DNA from: Chthonomonadales bacterium | Lineage (GTDB): Bacteria; Armatimonadota; Chthonomonadetes; Chthonomonadales; Chthonomonadaceae | Direction of reading: 5' to 3' | NCBI GenBank assembly: GCA_038231295.1 | Contig: JBBRLP010000009.1 | Span: 1-64,000 of the forward strand | Length of the DNA stretch: 64,000 nucleotides | Notes under the pieces: model-generated | What the model was told of the DNA's origin: nothing | The model's database searches: none | The model's input: only the letters and a program-made list of their open reading frames with translations | In this document: piece by piece, positions 18,601 through 25,341 of the stretch | How the letters are laid out: every line of letters begins with the position of its first letter | Position numbering within the stretch: the stretch's first letter is position 1 | Translations under genes and position numbers: made by a program

Positions 18601-21388
18601 CACTGGTCACCACATGAGGAGGTGTCGCCAGGTCCGCGCCCGTCAGGGTGATGTCTACGCTGCTGCCCGGCGTCGCGGTATCGAAGCCGCCGATGATGGC
18701 GGGAATAGCGGTAGAGGCTACGCCGCCCGTCGGAACGACATCCACGGTTGTGGACGCAGTACTCGCGCCGTTGTGATACGTGAAGGTGAAGGTCGCTTTG
18801 CTGAGGTCAACGTTGTTGCCCGAAACGACACCGGTGACGGTGGTGCCAGCCGGGACCGTCGCGCCGCTCACAGGAGACGTGACCGTCACAGTCGGAGCGG
18901 TGTTCTGAACAATCGCCGTAAGGGTGGTCCCGACATCGGTCGGCTTGTTGGTATTGCCCGCCTTGTCCGTTACCACGATGGAGAGCGTATGCGCTCCGTC
19001 GCTGGCTGTCGTCGTGTCCCAGGTCGCAGAGAAGGTTCCCACGCCCGCAGAAGGCGTGTCGAGCGTGACCGTAGTTGCCAGAGGCTTGCCGTCCACCGTC
19101 ACCGTCAGATTGGCGGCGGCGAGGTTCTTCTCGGTGTAGGTGCCGCTGAGGGTCACGGTATCGCGGATGATCTGAACAATCGAGGTCGCGTTCACCGTGT
19201 AGGTCGGGCCGCCTGTCCGCATCGCCGCCTTGTAGGCCGCCAGCGGAGCCGTCTTGTCTACAGTCACGTCTACCGTCTTATCGGTGGCCGTGTTGCCTGC
19301 CGCGTCGGTCGCCTTCACCGTCAGGGTGTGCATCCCTTCGGAAGCGCTGGAGGTATCCCAGACACCGGAGAAGGTCAGCGGGAACGGAGGCGTTCCCTTC
19401 CCGGAAGCAATCAGCGTCGCGCCATCGAAGATACTGTAGGCGATGACGTTTTTCGGATCGGTGTTCGGGGCGTCCGTAATCGTCCCGGAGATCGCCACTT
19501 TGGAGGAGGGAAGGAACGCGCCTGCAAGCGGCGTGTCAATGGTCGAGATAACCGGCGCAGTATTGTCCACAATGACCTGGAGGGTCGTGGTGGCGATGTT
19601 GCCCGCCTGGTCCTTAACCGTCGCCGTCAGTGTGTGGGTGCCGTCCGGCACGATACCCTTGGTATCGTATTTCCCCGTGACTGTCTGAATTCCCGCCACG
19701 GTGTTGGGGAAGTTCATGTTGGAGAAGACGCTATTGTTCAGTTCGTCCTTGATTTCGATGTCGAGAATGTTCGTCGCATCCACGACGCTGGCGGAGAACT
19801 GAAGGGTAACGTCTGTCTTACCGCTGATGATCGCATTCGCCGAAGGCGCGGTGATCGCAGCCGTCGGGAGTATATTCTCCACGAAGACGGTGACACTTGC
19901 GGAGTTGATCGTATTCGCCTGCGCGTCCGTCACCTTGACATAGATCGAGTGCTTGCCATCCGCCGCTTTGGTCGTGTCCCAGGTGGCGGTCAGGCCCGCG
20001 CCGTGTCCCGATCCGGCCTTCACCAGCGTATCCACACCGCCGTTCACGTCGTGGAGTTCGTAGTTCAGGTCGCCGCCTACCGTCATGTTGGCGTTGGCGT
20101 CAAATGTAACGGTCGCCGTGCCTTTAAGGTAGGTGTTGGTGGAGGGGGCCGTGATCGTGACCGTCGGCAGGTTCTTCTGGTCAATGTTGATGGAGAATGG
20201 CGTCGCCACAAAGTCGGGAGCGCCGCCGACAGCCATCGCATCGTAGGTCTGGTTGCCCGCATAGTCGCTGATGACCGCGTAGACTTTGTAGGCTCCCGGC
20301 AAGAGGCCGGTCGTATCGTAGTCCACCGACCAGTTTACATCGTCGGCGGGATTGGCGCCGTAGGTGAGTTTGGCGGGAATGCGCTTGAGGGTGCTGCCTG
20401 CGCCCATCCCATCGTCGGGGGACTGCACATAGAGTTCGACGCTGGCGATACCACCAGGCGCGAGAGCGGCTCCGGTTCCGTTGTTGGGGTCGTTGACTTT
20501 GCCCTTGAAGCGGACGATGCCGGGAGTGGGATAAGAGACGTTTCCGGCGCTGTTGAGGCTGCCGCTTGCGCTGATAGCGGGCGGGGTATAGTCTATGACG
20601 ATGCTTCGCTGAAAGACGGCGGCAGGCGCGGCCGTACCGTCGTCCACCGTAACGGTCATCAGGCCGTCAATCAGTCCGCTGGCGGTACCGACTGCATAGG
20701 AAAAGGGCAGGACTTTGCTGTTGTCTTTGTTCCCATTGGGGTCGTCGTTGTTGAGCCGCAGCGCCCCGTTAAGATCGAAGGTGATGGGCGTGGAAGTCGT
20801 CTCGGCGAAACGCACCTTTCCCAGAGCGCCTCCAGCATTGTTATAACGCAGTCGCACACCAAGGGTGTACTTGTCGTTAGCCTTCTTGCCCATTCCGGCG
20901 AAGACACTGGAGTGAACGCCGCTCGGCACAAAAATGAGGCCCATATTGGGAAGCGTCACACCATCCAGATGCACAGCGACATTCTGCGTAGAGCCTGCCT
21001 GTCCATTGAGGAAAGGCGTCGCGAAGATAGTGAAGTCACCGTCCGTAGCGCCACCGAAAAGCCAGTTATACTCCCAGACGCCGCCTTTAACGACCGCGAA
21101 GGTATCCGTCCCGACCGTTACTCCGGCTTTTTCGATGTGAATGAGAACGCGGTCGGCATTATGACAGATACCATTGATAGTGTAGTGAGCAGAGATACCT
21201 GCCCCTTCCGCCGTTGCATCTACCGACGTCCCTGATGTGATTCGCTCGGTGGGACGGGGGTTTACCACATAGAGCGATTGCGCCTGCCCCGCCTGCGCCA
21301 GCGTCAGCGCGAAGAGAAGGGTGAGAGGAATAAATGCGTGAGCCATGCTGCGCCAGCAGGCTCTTATTACGCTTCGACCTATAGCCAT
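12602..21388 (-). CDS. Giant secreted adhesin-like protein with tandem bacterial Ig-like (Big/cadherin-like) domains
   Basis: 2,928-aa ORF with RBS AAGGAGA before the ATG at 21388. A long positively charged N-region plus hydrophobic core forms an extended signal peptide. At least 9 copies of a ~100-aa repeat occur (..VDNTAPVVTFGAMTPSDGA.V.NQ.G.L.TIDG.VTE.NL..WDILIDG.SRK.G....ISF.PGA...YL.DG.HT.QI.A.DKAGN..QTA.RTI.). A larger ~540-aa segment is internally duplicated. The composition is Thr/Gly/Val/Asp-rich and Cys-poor. Confidence 0.85.
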   Translation of the reverse strand: MAIGRSVIRACWRSMAHAFIPLTLLFALTLAQAGQAQSLYVVNPRPTERITSGTSVDATAEGAGISAHYTINGICHNADRVLIHIEKAGVTVGTDTFAVVKGGVWEYNWLFGGATDGDFTIFATPFLNGQAGSTQNVAVHLDGVTLPNMGLIFVPSGVHSSVFAGMGKKANDKYTLGVRLRYNNAGGALGKVRFAETTSTPITFDLNGALRLNNDDPNGNKDNSKVLPFSYAVGTASGLIDGLMTVTVDDGTAAPAAVFQRSIVIDYTPPAISASGSLNSAGNVSYPTPGIVRFKGKVNDPNNGTGAALAPGGIASVELYVQSPDDGMGAGSTLKRIPAKLTYGANPADDVNWSVDYDTTGLLPGAYKVYAVISDYAGNQTYDAMAVGGAPDFVATPFSINIDQKNLPTVTITAPSTNTYLKGTATVTFDANANMTVGGDLNYELHDVNGGVDTLVKAGSGHGAGLTATWDTTKAADGKHSIYVKVTDAQANTINSASVTVFVENILPTAAITAPSANAIISGKTDVTLQFSASVVDATNILDIEIKDELNNSVFSNMNFPNTVAGIQTVTGKYDTKGIVPDGTHTLTATVKDQAGNIATTTLQVIVDNTAPVISTIDTPLAGAFLPSSKVAISGTITDAPNTDPKNVIAYSIFDGATLIASGKGTPPFPLTFSGVWDTSSASEGMHTLTVKATDAAGNTATDKTVDVTVDKTAPLAAYKAAMRTGGPTYTVNATSIVQIIRDTVTLSGTYTEKNLAAANLTVTVDGKPLATTVTLDTPSAGVGTFSATWDTTTASDGAHTLSIVVTDKAGNTNKPTDVGTTLTAIVQNTAPTVTVTSPVSGATVPAGTTVTGVVSGNNVDLSKATFTFTYHNGASTASTTVDVVPTGGVASTAIPAIIGGFDTATPGSSVDITLTGADLATPPHVVTSGIVTVFVIKSAVTLDSILFHDFAGTAISDPLGASAVFVGRDLTVFGKVGILNPKQWLLVLSGAAIPTPLQIGGDGPTPPAAELAVTSKLNKAPTDPFDSKAGNTPDGTYTLTLAVTNLANPNTLTVTDLSKADVSVTRQIIIDNTDPVVAFGAMTPSDMAFVQNQTGSLITLDGTVTEANLDHWNFLIDGVARQTGTTTGAITFQPGAAASMAGSYLCDGPHTVQLEAFDKSGNHAATAVRTFVVDNIAPVVTYGPLTPSDGAFVQNQAGSLITIDGNVTEQNLNQWDILIDGTSRKSGMTNGAISLVPGAGAAYLMDGSHTLQIKATDKAGNAGQTAVRTITVDNTAPVVTFGAMTPSDGAIVRNEAGNLLTIDGTVTETNLKQWDILIDGVSRKTGMTTGAISFTPGAGVAYLVDGQHTIQITAEDKAGNKAQTAIRTITIQNTGPVVVVSSPTNGATVPVGSTTVGFISGANLDLSKATFTFTYHNGATTASTTVDVVPTGGVASTAIPAIIGGFDTATAGSSVDITLTGRDLVNPPHIVTSAVVTVFVIKSAVTLDEIDFHDYKGTGISDGLGLSAVFVGRDITVFGKVGILNPKQWLLLLGNATVGPIQLGGDGPTPAATQLPQTSKLNKAPTDPFDTKAGSTPDGTYTLTLAVTNTANPATLTAADISKADVSVTRQIIIDNTDPIVTFGAMTPSDVAFVQNQASTLITIDGTVTEINLDHWNILVDGVTRQTGMTAGPITFQPGAAASMAGAYLADGPHTIQIEAFDKAGNHAATAVRTIIVDNINPAVTFGALTPTDGAFVQNQGTNLVTIDGNITEINLKQWDILVDGISRKMGAMPGALTFTPGAAAAYLAEGAHTLQITASDKAGNMGQTAIRTITVDNTAPVVKFGPMAPSDGSVVQNQGGTLVTIDGTITETNLDHADILVDGASQKTVMVAGAITLVPGAGAAYLKEGAHQIQITAVDKAGNKGQTEVRTFVVDNTKPVVTFTSPSDGAFVRGTPKIRGSIADLHLKTYVLTDSGTAMPLVTDNTGTGLVAYDNWDTTKLADGLHTLKIQATDQAGNTDSASITVTVGNTPPTITLKTAQRVANSAIATPASPTPTDYTIGTPNPAGTASVIQVVRDVLQFTGTYTMANATQFDPKLFTVSVDGAVSPAVTITPVAPAGGTGTFTIMGLDTAALVDGQHSITLTVTDKSGNVNTVSMANTSTLNFIVDHTPPATLISSPSSGTQVPVTTPVIGSVSDVHLGGSASFIFSLPTPLWAGSPAGVVPTLPANASIIVPGTLVVNGGKTATYTTPFPALFQDGTRIAPGTTLEIRIVSNDTTTPANTGISDPVTAISASGQTVTLDNFIDIDGNARQSGGYFYIHADQYSVDGKIVAGPKPVDIIGTVNVPSLQSYTINVKDSNGVVFYTDTEDMTIDNKPLQPIVNSTKLNVHKPFDIVPGTVGEGPYTVEVIATDKGGATFPLNAGPANIVIDNSAPTFNFMSPADGAFLKAGKYQVTVAIDDNIHLQSNPLTTSILIDGDKYPNVALPALNSVSWDVSSPNVTEGKHTLTVQSADVALNRGFISRTVFVDRTPPTIQFNNLRDGQNITSPYRIDINLGDNISDPQNKLSLTVTIRGAKTQPTPLDDVTTPGLKRFMWGAVSNGDYIIDAQAKDMAGNVTNVSITVHVQVLDPVNGLPISILSLSSPVIFDGDGNNLPTVSVLSSPKLSQSSLNRQAVYLRGTTAAIGVEVDKATQINYSDSLGDTYSAPLTGSQLDKFGFTKDTNGEGLHTITLSAIQQVQKLDGPISILTATSVLDAVLDNTPPSVAILSPFATDPGQKYLVSPGGTLNITFRLDNTKPTSTRDTNATVSPLLSIMKGVSAPAATIRIYEVATNKEVIIPQAVYWNLLDAIQKPNTQSANGAATSSLDQKGSYLVNWQIPIQPSLFKLGSQYRIDIVSLGRNANGTVILPVASVPLVPKPTDIGLQDVVGNAGQKKSAYFNVNVN
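15650..18915. repeat. Approximately 1.63-kb tandem duplication (two units) inside the adhesin gene
   Basis: A ~730-bp segment at ~16550-17285 is repeated at ~18175-18915 with high nucleotide identity. Each copy is followed by three ~300-bp Ig-domain repeats. The antisense shadow ORFs 16578..16802 and 18036..18437 encode near-identical peptides (DEQTEQGSDR.LR..GGEYPGRNLYPDPRG), confirming the duplication. Boundaries are approximate. Confidence 0.7.
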
Positions 21389-21705
21389 GTCGTCTCCTTA
21401 ACCTTGCCGGAACATTCCGGTCTGTCTCGTTGGCCTTCATAAAGCCACGAAACTTTACTTGCCCTGCAACGAAGTGAATGCTCTTTCCGTTAACGGAAGG
21501 CACTATTCTGCACACTACTGGCGCTTGCCAGCCAGGATCATCACTATAAAGTTTTTCAGAGAGGTGAGAATATCGGGCCGTCTTGAACCCGAATTATGAG
21601 AGATGGGATTAGGATTCCCGCGATGGCTAGCCCGGACAACAGCAACTCCTCTCATGAGAGATGATGGGAGCGGAGCAGTACAAGAGGATGGGCATACAGG
21701 ACGCA

Positions 21706-21721
21706 TGTGATGAAACGCACA
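21706..21721. promoter_or_regulatory. Weaker CRP-like site in the divergent adhesin/rapZ intergenic region
   Basis: TGTGATGAAACGCACA is an 8/10 match to TGTGA-N6-TCACA. It lies in the ~660-bp lower-GC divergent region between the adhesin start (21388) and the rapZ start (22048). Confidence 0.2.
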
Positions 21722-22047
21722 ATCCTGTCATGCAGGCGAGCCACTAAAACATATCATAACGACGGCCTGCCTGTCAAGTGCTTTGGTGAGGAATCATGCT
21801 TTTTTTCAAAATTCGTGATTTCTTCCCTGAAGTTCGGACTTCAAGTCGTCATATCACCTTCCTGTAAATCAATTCGTTAAGAACGTCTTTGCTATTTCAT
21901 TTCGCATACCATCTCCGCAGTGCGCCTTCGTGTTAATAGGATGCGTCCCGGATTTGTCCAAAATCATGCCTCGCAGAGAGACTATGCTACAATAACCAGG
22001 TTACTCGCGCACACTCTGTCCCGGCGCACCGAGGTGAGGAGATTTTC

Positions 22048-22983
22048 ATGCGTTTCGTCGTGATAACCGGGCCGTCTGGAGCGGGCAAAACGCTTGCCCT
22101 GCACAGCTTTGAGGATGCCGGATGCTACACGGTAGACAATCTGCCGCCACGCCTGCTGCCCGCCCTGGTCACGTTCTGCCAGGAAACCGGGCAAAAACAG
22201 GGAGCGGTCGTAATGGATATTCGCTCTGGCCCGGCATTTGCGGAACTGGGCGAGACGATGAAGAATCTGCACGAGATGGGGGTCTGTGTCGAACTCCTCT
22301 ATCTGGATGCGAGCGATGCGGCGCTTGTGCATCGTTTCAAAGAGACACGCCGGCCTCATCCCCTTCTCACCGAAACGGCTTCTGGAGGCATCAGTGAGGC
22401 GCTGAAGCAGGAACGTCTCCTGCTCCAGACCGCCCGTACACTCGCCGACAACATTTTGGATACGAGTACGCTGACCCCCTGGGAACTGCGGGACTATCTG
22501 CACTCCACCTTCTCGCAGGACACGCGCCCCGGCCTCCTCGTCACCGTCACCTCCTTCGGGTTCAAACACGGCCTGCCGGTAGATGCCGATCTGGTCTTCG
22601 ATGTGCGCTTCCTCGCCAATCCCCACTACGTTCCCGAACTCAAAGACCTGAGCGGCCGAGAGGCGCAGGTCGCCGCCTATGTTCATGCCGACCCGCTCAC
22701 GGGAGCGTTTCAGCAGAAGATGACCGATCTGGTGCAGTTCGCCCTGCCGCAGTATCAGCGGGAGGGGAAGGCTTATCTCAACATCGCCATTGGCTGCACC
22801 GGCGGGCAGCATCGCTCCGTGGTTCTTGCGGAAGACCTGGCGGCCCTGCTCCGCAGTGACTCGTATCGGGTCTCGCTGCGGCATCGTGACATTCGGGAAG
22901 CGGCGGCAGAATCCTCGCGTACAGAGCCAAGCCGGGAAACGCACCGCGCAGACAACTTGCGGCAAAGCGAGGAAACGCAATGA
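22048..22983 (+). CDS. rapZ: RNase adapter / nucleotide-binding protein RapZ (YvcJ)
   Basis: 311-aa ORF with the P-loop VITGPSGAGKT, the C-terminal domain IAIGCTGGQHRSV and RBS GGAGA. The stop overlaps the start of yvcK by ATGA. Confidence 0.9.
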   Translation: MRFVVITGPSGAGKTLALHSFEDAGCYTVDNLPPRLLPALVTFCQETGQKQGAVVMDIRSGPAFAELGETMKNLHEMGVCVELLYLDASDAALVHRFKETRRPHPLLTETASGGISEALKQERLLLQTARTLADNILDTSTLTPWELRDYLHSTFSQDTRPGLLVTVTSFGFKHGLPVDADLVFDVRFLANPHYVPELKDLSGREAQVAAYVHADPLTGAFQQKMTDLVQFALPQYQREGKAYLNIAIGCTGGQHRSVVLAEDLAALLRSDSYRVSLRHRDIREAAAESSRTEPSRETHRADNLRQSEETQ

Positions 22984-24404
22984 GCCAGTGGAAGACCTCC
23001 CTGAAATGGCTCTATCCGGGACTGCGGGTGAAGCGCTGGATCGCGGTCGGATTCTGCGGGCTGGCCCTGTTCCTGATCGGGATGGGAGTCATCATTCAGG
23101 TTCATGCCGCCGACAGCGACCCGCTCGCCGTGCGGGTCGCCCGGTGGGTCATTCAGCATTCCCATGTCGGGCTGCGGCCCGGAACGTTCGGAATGCTGAT
23201 CACGCTTCTGGGGGGATTTCTCTGCCTGTTCGCGCTGGGCAAACTGATCCATTCGCTGACCAGTGTGCTGGACCCGGAGATCGCACCGGGCGGGTTGGTG
23301 GATGTCGTCTACTCGCGGCGCAAACTGGCGCAGGGGCGGCGTATCGTGGTGATCGGGGGAGGAACCGGGCTTTCGACCATGCTGCGGGGCCTGAAGAAGT
23401 ACACCGCGAACATCACCGCGATTGTGACGGTGGCGGACGACGGAGGCTCGTCGGGCAAACTTCAGAAACAGTTAAATATTCTGCCGCCCGGAGACATCCG
23501 CAACTGCCTTGTCGCCCTCGCCGACGACGAGACGCAGATGACCGAGCTTTTCCAGTATCGTTTCCGCAACAGCGTCCAGCCCGAATCGGCGATTTCCGGG
23601 CAGAAGCATACCCTTCATGCTGCCGCCTCGGAGTCTCTGCGGGCCGACGTGTCCTCCGCAGACGCCCCGCCAGTGAAGCCACGCCCTATCGCCGAAGGCT
23701 ATGGCGAGGGACTGCGAGACCATGCGTTTGGCAACCTGCTCATTGCCGCCATGACCGCTATCAATGACGGCGATTTCGAGAAGGCCATTCGAGAGACAAG
23801 CCGTGTCCTGAATGTGCGGGGGCGTGTCCTGCCTTCCACCGTCGAACACGTCAAACTGCGTGGGGAGATGGAGGATGGCTCGTTTCTGGAGGGCGAGACG
23901 ACGATTGCCAACTCCCCTCTGCGTATCCGCCGTATCTATATGGTTCCCCCGGACGCCTGCCCGGTGGAGGAGGTTCCGCAGGCGATTCACGATGCCGACG
24001 TGATTGTGCTTGGCCCCGGCAGCGTCTTCACGAGTATCATCCCCAACCTGCTGGTGCGCGATGTCGCCGCGACCCTGGCCCGCAGCCGCGCCAAGCGCAT
24101 CTATGTCTGCAATGTGATGACACAGCCTGGCGAGACCGACAACTTCTCCGCCTACGACCATGTGAAGGCTATCGAGAACCACGCCGGGCGGCGTATCTTC
24201 GACTATGTGCTGGTCAACACCGGACGGCCCACACAGGAGCTTCTGGAAAAGTACCGCAAGACCGGTTCTATGCTGGTAGAAGCCGATCTGGACCGCATCA
24301 GGCGGGAGGGCTACCGCGCCATTGCGGGCAACTTCATAGATCAGACCGATGTCGTGCGGCACGATGCAAACCTGCTGGCAGAAGCCATCATGGCCCTGCT
24401 ATAA
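22980..24404 (+). CDS. yvcK: YvcK-family (UPF0052/CofD-like, gluconeogenesis factor) protein with N-terminal membrane extension
   Basis: 474 aa. The core has RIVVIGGGTGLSTMLRGLK...ITAIVTVADDGGSSG, typical of the YvcK/CofD fold. A ~115-aa N-terminal region with two or three predicted TM helices (IAVGFCGLALFLIGMGVIIQV; MLITLLGGFLCLFALG) precedes it. Confidence 0.85.
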   Translation: MSQWKTSLKWLYPGLRVKRWIAVGFCGLALFLIGMGVIIQVHAADSDPLAVRVARWVIQHSHVGLRPGTFGMLITLLGGFLCLFALGKLIHSLTSVLDPEIAPGGLVDVVYSRRKLAQGRRIVVIGGGTGLSTMLRGLKKYTANITAIVTVADDGGSSGKLQKQLNILPPGDIRNCLVALADDETQMTELFQYRFRNSVQPESAISGQKHTLHAAASESLRADVSSADAPPVKPRPIAEGYGEGLRDHAFGNLLIAAMTAINDGDFEKAIRETSRVLNVRGRVLPSTVEHVKLRGEMEDGSFLEGETTIANSPLRIRRIYMVPPDACPVEEVPQAIHDADVIVLGPGSVFTSIIPNLLVRDVAATLARSRAKRIYVCNVMTQPGETDNFSAYDHVKAIENHAGRRIFDYVLVNTGRPTQELLEKYRKTGSMLVEADLDRIRREGYRAIAGNFIDQTDVVRHDANLLAEAIMALL

Positions 24405-25341
24405 CTCTGCCTTCCCGCGTCTCCCAGTTCTCCAGTATCTGTCCGGGCCGGTAGCTCTCCCAGGAGATGGCTTCCGGCGACTGGCTGTCCAGCGCCCTTG
24501 CGGGGATAGCCCCGATAACCTCGCTCTCCCGCAGCCCCGCGCCCAGCCGATGCGCCTCCGCCAGGACAAAATCGTGGACGGCGGGCAGGGAGGTCTTGTC
24601 AGGCCGGGTGAGGTTCATCGAGACCTGCGCGACCTTCCGGGAGGGCAGAAAAAGGCCGAGCGCACGGACTCCGTTCAGTTCCGGCAGACGGTCGCGCTCT
24701 TCTCGTATGCGCCGGGCGATGGCGCGGGCTATCTCTGCATCGTCCGTGTCGAGGTTGATGTTGAAAGCGACCAGCGGCCCCCGTGCGCCCACGACGGCAA
24801 TGCCTGCCGTCGGATGCGCCCGCTCCGGCCCGTAGGCCGGGGCGCGGCTCCCGGTCAGCGGCCTGTCCGCCAGTTTTTCAAACCCGCCGCGCCGCAGTTC
24901 CGGCAGCGCGGATTCTCTCCCCTCCCGCGCCGACCACTCGTACAGATAGACCGGCAGTCCCAATCTCTCCGCCAGTTCTTCCCCGACAGCCTCACTCAAC
25001 ACAACCGCCTCGTCCCGTCGCTCTGTCGCAACCGTGTAGTGATGGCGTATGCGGTGCAGTGGCACGAGGGGCAGCACGTCCAACGCCCCGATACGGGGAT
25101 GAACGCCCGTGTGAGATCGCAGGTCTATGCGGGCGACTGCCACCGCCGCCGCCGCGAGCGCGGCCCGCAGAACCGCTTCACCCGGGCCGAGGATGGTCAT
25201 CACGCAGCGGTTGTGGTCGGGGTCTGCCGAGTAGTCTATGAGGCGCACCTCCGGTACGGCGCGGATGGCGTCGGCTATCTCCTCGACGACCTCCGCCCTC
25301 CGTCCTTCGCTGAAATTGGGAACACACTGGTAGAGGCTCAT
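24388..25341 (-). CDS. Glutamate formimidoyltransferase (FtcD N-terminal domain-like)
   Basis: 317 aa. The N-terminus MSLYQCVPNFSEGRR matches the conserved E-C-V-P-N-F-S-E-G-R start of formiminotransferase domains. The start overlaps the upstream ABC gene stop (ATGA). The 3' end overlaps the yvcK 3' end convergently by 17 bp. Confidence 0.8.
   Translation of the reverse strand: MSLYQCVPNFSEGRRAEVVEEIADAIRAVPEVRLIDYSADPDHNRCVMTILGPGEAVLRAALAAAAVAVARIDLRSHTGVHPRIGALDVLPLVPLHRIRHHYTVATERRDEAVVLSEAVGEELAERLGLPVYLYEWSAREGRESALPELRRGGFEKLADRPLTGSRAPAYGPERAHPTAGIAVVGARGPLVAFNINLDTDDAEIARAIARRIREERDRLPELNGVRALGLFLPSRKVAQVSMNLTRPDKTSLPAVHDFVLAEAHRLGAGLRESEVIGAIPARALDSQSPEAISWESYRPGQILENWETREGRVIAGP

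Noticed and set aside
15650-18915. Possible CRISPR array suggested by regular repeats
   Set aside because: The repeats are ~300 bp and ~1.6 kb coding units inside a continuous ORF (Ig-like domains). There are no short 25-40-bp direct repeats with unique spacers and no cas genes.
17138-21235. 1,365-aa plus-strand ORF, plus similar long plus-strand ORFs (for example 328..1284, 2149..3168, 8543..9427, 32731..34422, 44073..46091, 46872..48374, 49272..50744, 50928..52190)
   Set aside because: All lie antisense to strongly supported minus-strand genes. Their translations are Arg/Gly/Asp/His-rich low-complexity strings with no motifs. These are typical stop-codon-poor antisense frames of high-GC genes.
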